Shown piece by piece: positions 37,287-45,200 of a stretch of 64,000 bases of DNA. A program made the translations under genes and the position numbers. The stretch is from Patescibacteria group bacterium (lineage in GTDB: Bacteria > Patescibacteriota > Patescibacteriia > Patescibacteriales > UBA12465), in NCBI GenBank assembly GCA_028687275.1, contig JAQUAK010000001.1, forward strand, positions 100,213-164,212, in the 5' to 3' direction. Numbering within the stretch: the first letter of the stretch is position 1; every line of letters starts with the position of its first letter. The notes below the pieces were generated by a model that was given only the letters and a program-made list of their open reading frames with translations, searched no databases and was not told the DNA's origin.

Positions 37287-38964
37287 ATTAATGCAAAAGA
37301 GGCGACAGACGCGTTTAGACGATCGTCCTTTGTGGCCCTCAAAAGAGAATTTAAATTATCTACGTAATTTTTTTATCAAGGAAAAACGTCTACTTATTTT
37401 TAGTTTACTAGCCTTATTTGCACAAGGACTGCTGGAAGTGGCTTTAATTTTAATTAGTCATCGCTATTTAAAAACTAGTTCAGCTTTAGGGGCGATGACC
37501 AGCCAGGGCGGTCTTCTGGTTTTACTATTAATTTTTTCTCTACTCTATTTATTATCAGCTTATCGGGCTATTAAGGGTGAGCGTACTTTAATTGTTCGTT
37601 TGATTAATGATTTGCGTGAACGTTGGTTTCGCTTATTTGTGAATAAGCGCCCAGAAGAACATAATCTAGAGGGGAAGAGCATGGTGTTATCAAAAATTGC
37701 TTATCATTTACCTTTGTTAAGTACGGGCTTAAGCGCTTCTTTAGCTGGCCTAGTGCGTTGGTTGTTGTTGGTAGCAATTTTATTATTTTTATCTTTTACT
37801 TTTGGTTATCAATTATTATTATTTACTTTAGGGGCCGTTATTGTTGGTATTTTAATAGCCATAGGGGCGGGGCTAGTTTCCTATCGTTATGTGAGTAAGG
37901 AAACTACTTTCTATTCCCAGATTCTACGTTTCATTGATTTAAATTTATCTGATTGGCGTTTTGTGAAGTCATTTAGACGAGAGCGACCAGTGGTGGATGA
38001 ATTTAGAAAACTGGTTGATCTTGATTCTTTTTTTCGGGTACGTCGAGATTTATGGCTACGCTTTAGTGTGAGTTTAGTTTTTATTTTATTAATTTTTATT
38101 AGCTTTGGGGCAGGGGCAATGGGCACACAATTAGAATATTATTTTGGTACGGCTAGTAATGACGCCCGTTTTATTTTTATTATCGCACTGGTGTATTTTT
38201 CTCGTCTTTTATATGAAAGCTTACGTATTGGTTTATACTCAGTTCCTTTTGCTCTCGGTTTAAAGTTATCAGTACCAGAATTTATAGCTAGAAGATTGGG
38301 GAGAAGACAATTATTTAAAGCAGATAAATTAATTTTTAGTAGTAGTAAATCAAAGTTATTTAAACAGGCTAAAAGTTATCGCGCCTTTAGGTTTGAATTT
38401 GATAAAGGTGGTCGTTATCTATGTAGCGGTGTCGTTCGTTCAGGTAGAAGTTTATTGGCAAAATTGTTATGTGGGGAAGGGGTTTATGGTCGTCGAGCCT
38501 GGCTGTTAAAGGCGGGTGATAAGAAATATTTTTATAATGAATTCTTTGAGAAGTATGCTGGTTTTTATTATCTAGACCCTAATTTTACCAGCAGTCGTTC
38601 ATTACTAGAGACAGTTGTGGGCAAGGAAAAAACCGCTATTAATGAATTAGAATTTGCTCGTGCTTCAGGGCTTATAAATGAGCATAAACTTTTGCGAGAT
38701 ATATTTTCAGTTAAAGAAGATTGGCGTTTACGCGCTGATAAGTTTTTGGTAAATAGCAAGAACATCTTATTAATCCAGATCGTCTACTGTCTATTAAATA
38801 AGCCTTATTTAATTGCCCTAGATAATGCTTGGACTGATCGTCGGGATAAAGAAGTTGAAGACTTGTTATTATTGCTAGAAAAATTATTACCCGATACAAT
38901 TATCGTTGTGATGGCTGATAGGGAAAATAAATTATTTAATTACCGGGAGCACTATGAGATATAA
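37261..38964 (+). CDS. ABC-exporter-like membrane protein with degenerate nucleotide-binding domain
   Basis: An N-terminal ~6-TM region is followed by a C-terminal NBD-like region. In the NBD, Walker A reads GVVRSGRS (K to R), the signature position reads LVNSKN, Walker B reads LIALDN (E to N) and the H-loop position reads MADRE. An alternative ATG lies at 37291. Confidence 0.7.
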   Translation: MTLSKEKIKLMQKRRQTRLDDRPLWPSKENLNYLRNFFIKEKRLLIFSLLALFAQGLLEVALILISHRYLKTSSALGAMTSQGGLLVLLLIFSLLYLLSAYRAIKGERTLIVRLINDLRERWFRLFVNKRPEEHNLEGKSMVLSKIAYHLPLLSTGLSASLAGLVRWLLLVAILLFLSFTFGYQLLLFTLGAVIVGILIAIGAGLVSYRYVSKETTFYSQILRFIDLNLSDWRFVKSFRRERPVVDEFRKLVDLDSFFRVRRDLWLRFSVSLVFILLIFISFGAGAMGTQLEYYFGTASNDARFIFIIALVYFSRLLYESLRIGLYSVPFALGLKLSVPEFIARRLGRRQLFKADKLIFSSSKSKLFKQAKSYRAFRFEFDKGGRYLCSGVVRSGRSLLAKLLCGEGVYGRRAWLLKAGDKKYFYNEFFEKYAGFYYLDPNFTSSRSLLETVVGKEKTAINELEFARASGLINEHKLLRDIFSVKEDWRLRADKFLVNSKNILLIQIVYCLLNKPYLIALDNAWTDRRDKEVEDLLLLLEKLLPDTIIVVMADRENKLFNYREHYEI

Positions 38965-40168
38965 GTTTAAAAAATGGCGCCTATTAGTTGGGGTAGTGCT
39001 TTTTATACTTGCTCTTTTTATATTATCTCTATTATCACGTTGGGGTGCTCGTCTAATCGGTGATTGGTTGACTATAAAAAGCAAGCCGGCCTATTCAGTT
39101 GTTTCACCTACACCTCTAGAGGCAGATATTCTATTTAATGATGAGCCTGGGACAGAGATATTTTCTGAGCGCATAATTAAAGAGCTTAATTCTGCTAAAA
39201 AAAGTGTGGAAGTTGCCATGTATACCTTTAGTTCAGAAAAACTCAAGCAAGCTCTCTATCAGGCAAGTGACAGGGGACTTAAGGTAACTATTATCAGTGA
39301 TGTTAGTAACCATAATAGTAGTAGCTTATTCTTTGCTGAAGCTCCGGCTGATTTAATCTGGTTGGAAGCTGGTTCAAATAATGGTGGCAGAACTACTTTT
39401 ATGCATCATAAGTTTGCTATTATTGATCGCGGTGAAAGTGAACAAAAATTAATCTTCGGTTCTTATAATTGGACTGATTTACAGGAAAAGTATGACCCCA
39501 GTTTTCTAATGTTTAGTGCTAATGGGGATTTAATTAATAGTTTTGGTCGTGAGTTTGAGCGTCTAGTTAATGGTGATATGGGAATAAAGAAGCTAAATAG
39601 CCCAAATTATCATCCCTGGGATTTATCTTTACAAATAGAAGAAAATAATTATGAAGTTTGGTTTAGCCCTGGTCGTTTAGGTGATAGTGTGACTGCTCGT
39701 CTTGATTCTTTGATAAATAGTGCGACTAGCACGATTGATATTATGATTTGGGACTTTACCGATAAAGACTTAGCCCTAGATATTGTGCGACAAGCTCGAG
39801 CGGGCATTAAAGTGCGTTTGATTACTGATACTTGGAATTTTAACAATCAAAACTCAGTCTTTCGTTATCTATTAAGTGCTAAAGAGCGCTATAGTTTAGA
39901 TAACTTTGAGCTGATTTTAGATAAAGGTAATGGACTAGCTGTTAGCCAGATAAAGACGGACGCAGATTTAGAAGCTGATTTTGATCCCTTTCTGCATTAC
40001 CATGTTTTAATTGTTGATGATGCTCAAGTCTTGTTTGGTACTAATAATTGGAGCCGATCCGGTGCTTATTATAACGATGAATCAATTATAGTAACTAATG
40101 ATCAAGTTATTATCTCTAATTTTAAAGAGGCTTTTGCTAAGCAGTATAGGAATAATAAGCTTCAATAA
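38954..40168 (+). CDS. membrane-anchored phospholipase D-superfamily protein (two HKD-type lobes)
   Basis: N-terminal TM anchor. The first lobe is canonical (HHKFAIID..GSYNWTD). The second lobe is degenerate (HYHVLIVDD..GTNNWSRSG, K to H). Confidence 0.8.
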   Translation: MRYKFKKWRLLVGVVLFILALFILSLLSRWGARLIGDWLTIKSKPAYSVVSPTPLEADILFNDEPGTEIFSERIIKELNSAKKSVEVAMYTFSSEKLKQALYQASDRGLKVTIISDVSNHNSSSLFFAEAPADLIWLEAGSNNGGRTTFMHHKFAIIDRGESEQKLIFGSYNWTDLQEKYDPSFLMFSANGDLINSFGREFERLVNGDMGIKKLNSPNYHPWDLSLQIEENNYEVWFSPGRLGDSVTARLDSLINSATSTIDIMIWDFTDKDLALDIVRQARAGIKVRLITDTWNFNNQNSVFRYLLSAKERYSLDNFELILDKGNGLAVSQIKTDADLEADFDPFLHYHVLIVDDAQVLFGTNNWSRSGAYYNDESIIVTNDQVIISNFKEAFAKQYRNNKLQ

Positions 40169-40237
40169 TTATTGTTTTTTTAGAGAGGCAATGCTATAAT
40201 ATTATTAATTATTAAATAAACAACTAATTTAAAATCT

Positions 40238-40828
40238 ATGAACAGGGGGTTTAAGCAATACGTATCTAGTCATGGGCGCACTCTTCTAATGTCGGCTTTA
40301 ATTTTTCTATTGTTAGCAGTAGTGGCCGTCGGACCTTTGGTCTATAAAGTAATGGCTGATTTAAGTTCGGCTGAAGCCGAAGCGGTGCAGGCAAAGAATG
40401 CCGCTATTAGCCAAGCTATTATCAACGGAGATTACAACACTTGGAGCTCATTGGTTGATGATGATAAATTAAAAGCAGAGATTACCGCTGAAAATTTTGG
40501 CGCCTTTGCTCAAGCCTACGCTCTTTTAGAAAAAGGAGAAGTAGAGGTAGCTAATATTTTCAAGCAGCAGTTAAATTTGAAGCGTACTTATGATATTTCT
40601 ATGATGAAATCAGCTATTATTAGCTCTGCTATTGCCGAAGGTAATTATGATAAGTGGCGTAACGCTGTTGGCCAAGATTATGCTCCTGAAGTTACAAGTG
40701 GTAATTTTAAAGGCTATGCCGATATTTTACAAAAGATAAATAGAGGTCTTTTAAATAGATCTTCTAAAATACAGATAAATATGGGGCTTAAACAAAATTT
40801 AAATAGCTATTATAGCTCCAGTCATTAA
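40238..40828 (+). CDS. membrane-anchored helical protein with internal duplication
   Basis: It contains two related ~60-aa units, AISQAIINGDYNTWSSLV..ENFGAFAQAY and AIISSAIAEGNYDKWRNAV..GNFKGYADIL. Confidence 0.6.
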   Translation: MNRGFKQYVSSHGRTLLMSALIFLLLAVVAVGPLVYKVMADLSSAEAEAVQAKNAAISQAIINGDYNTWSSLVDDDKLKAEITAENFGAFAQAYALLEKGEVEVANIFKQQLNLKRTYDISMMKSAIISSAIAEGNYDKWRNAVGQDYAPEVTSGNFKGYADILQKINRGLLNRSSKIQINMGLKQNLNSYYSSSH

Positions 40829-40853
40829 TTTTTTAATTATACTTAAAGCCTTT

Positions 40854-41450
40854 ATGTCTAGGAAAAAAATTATAATTTTATTTATTTTGGCTATTTTTGT
40901 GGCCATCATATCTTTGTTCGCCTATTCCTTTTGGTTGGCACCGGAAACAGCTCTAGAAACAGATAAAGTTAATACACCGGTTAGTCAAAATAAGAACATG
41001 CAAGAAGCCGCCGCTATCGCAGTATCGGAGGCTACAGTTGTTATTCCGGGAGCTGATTTGATTAATAAGGAGCAACAAGTTATTTCTGATTTAGGCGTAC
41101 CAGTGCAGAGCTCGGTTATGCCTAATGCTCCGGACGCTCCTAAGGCGGTGGTGGTAAATAAGGGTAAGATGCCGGAGCAGGTAATTAACATTACTGTAGC
41201 TAATAACGAATTCACCCCTAAAAACTTCACCGTTACCGCTGGAGCTCCAGTTTCATTAGCCTTTAGTTCTGGTGATAACAAGACGCATATTATTTCTTTT
41301 CGTGAGGCCAGTATGGCAGCGGTAGCTTTTGGTATTTCCCCTAATCAAACTAAGGCTATGACTTTTAATGCTCCTTCTGAGCCGGGTGAATATGAGTTTT
41401 TTTGCGGCGTGCCTGGTCATGAAGAGACGGGCATAATGAACGTATATTGA
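40854..41450 (+). CDS. membrane-anchored cupredoxin-like protein (paralog 1; H-C-H-M ligand set present)
   Basis: The C-terminal domain reads ITVANNEFTPKNFTVTAGAPVSLAF..KTHIISF..YEFFCGVPGHEETGIMNVY. Confidence 0.75.
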   Translation: MSRKKIIILFILAIFVAIISLFAYSFWLAPETALETDKVNTPVSQNKNMQEAAAIAVSEATVVIPGADLINKEQQVISDLGVPVQSSVMPNAPDAPKAVVVNKGKMPEQVINITVANNEFTPKNFTVTAGAPVSLAFSSGDNKTHIISFREASMAAVAFGISPNQTKAMTFNAPSEPGEYEFFCGVPGHEETGIMNVY

Positions 41451-41464
41451 ATAAATATAAAATT

Positions 41465-42094
41465 ATGAATAAATTTTTTCTTAAAAACACTAAAGGCAGT
41501 CAAAAGACAATTATGATTGCCCTACTCGCTGTCGCTATTATTCTCGTTGTTTTAGTTGCCATTAGCTTATTTAAAAAACCGGTGGTTGATAAGCCGATTA
41601 CAAACCTTAATAATGGAGCTCCAGCGGAAGTTGTAGATAATATGGTAGGGGACTTGGAGCCTAATACTCCAGTAGCCGACCCAGTAGATGCATTTAGAGC
41701 CGAAGTTCCGGTCAACACTGTTGTGCCCGGTGTTGATACTCAGTTATCGGAGGAAGAAAAGAAAGAGATTGCTTTGCCGGGCATAGTCGTGCCTGCCGCT
41801 CCCGGATCAAATAATAGTTTTAGGAATTTCAAGATTAGTATTGAAAATGATGTTTTTAGTCCTAGCAAGGCCATTGTTAATGTCGGTGATACCGTTCATA
41901 TTGATTTTACCGCTGTTGATAAAGCCTATGACCTCTCTTTTCCTAGCTATAATATGAAGTCGACATTTGTTCAAGGTCAAACTAGAATCATGGAATTTAA
42001 AGCTAAAAAAGAGGGTAGTTTCACCTTCTATTGCCCTAGTTGTGGTGGTCCTGAAGCTGGTCCAGTTGGTAATATCATAATTGTGGCCAAGTAA
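41465..42094 (+). CDS. membrane-anchored cupredoxin-like protein (paralog 2; ligands lost, CPSC motif)
   Basis: Same domain layout (FKISIENDVFSPSKAIVNVGDTVHIDF..FTFYCPSCGGPEAGPVGNIIIV). I chose the ATG at 41465. Confidence 0.65.
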   Translation: MNKFFLKNTKGSQKTIMIALLAVAIILVVLVAISLFKKPVVDKPITNLNNGAPAEVVDNMVGDLEPNTPVADPVDAFRAEVPVNTVVPGVDTQLSEEEKKEIALPGIVVPAAPGSNNSFRNFKISIENDVFSPSKAIVNVGDTVHIDFTAVDKAYDLSFPSYNMKSTFVQGQTRIMEFKAKKEGSFTFYCPSCGGPEAGPVGNIIIVAK

Positions 42095-42121
42095 TATCTA
42101 GAAATATTTTTTATCTCACTA

Positions 42122-42153
42122 AAAGCGCTTATCAATTTAGATAAGCGCTTTTT
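42122..42153 (+). terminator. rho-independent terminator
   Basis: aaagcgcttatc-aattta-gataagcgcttt followed by a T-run. Confidence 0.8.
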
Positions 42154-42293
42154 GATAACAAAAAATCTTGCTCTAAACAGAGTAATTCTATCATCTGTAT
42201 TTAGATTTAAATACTATCTAAAAATATCTCTTTAGTTACTTAAAAAAGTGTTGCGATGATTCTGAAAATAAGCTATAATTAGCATATAGAATT

Positions 42294-45200
42294 ATGCTTA
42301 AAATAACTCTCAGAACGACCATAAAAATGTTGGGATTATTATTTATTCCAATAGTTTTTTGTTTTCTTTTTGTACCACAAACATTGGCTGCGGTTGGTTT
42401 AAGTGTGGGTAGCGGCACTCTAAACTTAGGCTCAGCCGAAAATCTTTTCTATGGCAATATTGGTAGCGCTAGTCATGCCTCTAGTAGTTTTTTATTATTA
42501 CAAAAAAATAGTGCTAATATTTTTAAAATTGATAACTTTGGAAATGTAAGTACACCGGGTGTAATTACCGCTACTGGTGGCTTTGTCGGTTCAATTACTG
42601 GCGGCGTTGTTAATGCCGAAAATGTTTCAGCCGGTGACTTTGGTGCGGAGACTATGGGTGGTGATTATAGTTTTCCTGGGAAGGTAGGGATTGGGACGAC
42701 TGATCCAGAATATAAGTTAACTATTAGGAGTGATAATTTAGGAATATCTTCAACGCCAGTAATGAGTTTAAGAAACTCTGCTGCTGCCACCTTATCCCTA
42801 CAACAGAGGTCACCAGCGATTATTTTAGAGGGGCAAGGTTGGAATTATTTGTCACAAACATCAGCGCCTATAAAAGCTTTGATAGATATTTTACCTTTGA
42901 AAAAAAATACTAAACAAGATGTGACAAATTTTACCGAGTCAACTCCATTATTTGTATTTAAGTCTTTGACTGGAGAGGCTGGAGAGGTTACAAACCTAAC
43001 TATTGGAACTGATCCAAGATGGGATAGGTATACTAATTTTTGGGCTGGCGAAGTAGTTCCTAATGAAAATAATTTTTCTTGGCAATTAAAAAACAGCGGA
43101 GCAGAACAATGGTTTAATAGTACTGGGGTAACTTTGTTTACTATTAACAATGTCCCTAAATTAAATGTTAAGACACAGGGGATATTAATTGGATCATTTT
43201 CTTGGAACGCTACCGCTTCTCAGGCTTTACACGTGATCGGTAATGCTAGGGTCACGGGAGCTTATTACGATAGCTCTAATAGCGCAGGTTCTAGTGGCGC
43301 AGTGCTAACTTCTACAGGAACAGGCACAAGTTGGTCTGATATTGATATGACAGATAAGTGGACAAAAGGCGGTGATACTTTAGGAGAAAAGGACACTCTT
43401 GGTTCTATTGATTTAAGGGATATAGGATTTAAAACTAATAATCAAGAGAGACTAACAATATTAAGTGATGGCAACGTCGGCATTGGCACTACCAACCCAA
43501 CTACTAAATTATATGTTAATGGTGGCACTGGTGATGCAGTTAATGTTGGCGGAGGTAGAATTCGTGGTTTAAATACTACTCCAGTTAATGCTGATGAAGC
43601 CGTACCTCTAACTTATCTACAAAGTAATTACGGTACAAGTGCGAATGAATTATGGAAAGGAACTATTAATGGAAACATTTGGAATGGTGATAGTGGTGCG
43701 GGAAATGTGGGGATTGGGACGACTGAGCCTTCAACTAAATTAGATATTCAATCAGTTAAAGCGGCAGTTAGAATTAAGTCTACAACTGGAACAAATTATT
43801 CAACTTTTTATTTGAATAATGCTGGTGGAGATTTTTATGTTGGTAGGAATAATAGTGTTGGTACTGGTTTGGTTACCACTGGCGGGTTACCTTATGCAGG
43901 TACATTAAACGCACAAGGTGTATATCCGTTACAATTCGCCACAAATAATTCAGTTGCAATGACGATAATAAATGGCGGCAACGTCGGGGTGGGGACAGCT
44001 ACTCCTGGAGTAAAATTAGACGTTGCTGATGGTTTAATCCGACAATCTGGATTTTTAGTTTCTGATGCAATCAGCGATAATATGCTTGTGAATGGTGATT
44101 TTGAAATGAATAGCACATTGGGTTGGTCTGGTTTAACTGGGATTGCAACAGAAGGTGTGTCGGGTAAATATGCCGCCGAAATTGTTGGATATCGATCAAT
44201 TTCTAGTTATGATTATATTCCGGTTAACCCCACTGAGGATATCTTTCAACTGGAGGCCTGGGTAAAAAAATCGTATACAGGAACTAATCCGGGATTAATT
44301 TATTTTGGCTATTATGCTTATGACGGTGATAAAAATTTAATAACATCAGCTCCGTGTGGAACCTATTGTTATTTTGCCGCCTCAGGTTATACTATTCCCG
44401 ATAATGGAGCTTGGCATAAATTATCCTCTGTTACTACAGGTGAGGGAACATCGTATCCTAATTTTCCAGTTGGAACCAGGTATGTTAAAATTATGGGCTT
44501 AATTAACTATAATTCTACTGGTAATTCTATTACTCTTTTAGACCATGTTACCTTAAAAAGAATTTATAAAGGACCGTTAATTGCGGGTAATAATTTTTCT
44601 TCTTCAAATAGGGTCGACAATTATCAATATTCTACTTTATACACCACGGCTAATAATCTTATTATTGATACAGTCGGCAACGTCGGTATCGGCACCACCA
44701 ACCCAACTACTAAATTATATGTTAACGCTGGTACTGGTGATGTAGTCAATGTTGGAGGAGGTAGAATTCGTGGTTTAAATACTACTCCAGTCAATGCTGA
44801 TGAAGCCGTACCTCTAACCTATCTACAAAGTAATTATGCTCCTATTGGTTCTGGAGCTGGTTCTGCCTTTGTTCAAGGTGGTAATTCTTTTGGCTCTATT
44901 GCTAACTTAGGTACTAATGACAATTATCCTTTAAATATTGAAACTAATAATGCCATTAGAATGACAGTATTGGGTAATGGGAATGTGGGGATTGGGACGA
45001 CAGCGCCTAATAATTTATTACAAGTTGCTGGATTAATTAATTTTAATGATACAGATTTTAATACATTTATAGGAAGAAATGCTGGTTTAAATGTAGTAGC
45101 TGGTGCGCAATATAATACATTCTTAGGTTATGAGGCTGGAAGATCGGCAGGAGGAACAGGCGCGGCTGATTTCAATGTAGCCGTAGGAAGAAGAGCTTTA

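Noticed and set aside
35746-37400. Group II intron carrying the RT
   Set aside because: Only ~300 nt precede the ORF, which is too short for domains I-III. I saw no GUGYG 5' end. The next ORF starts at or before the RT stop, so there is no room for domains V/VI. The RT has no maturase/endonuclease tail.
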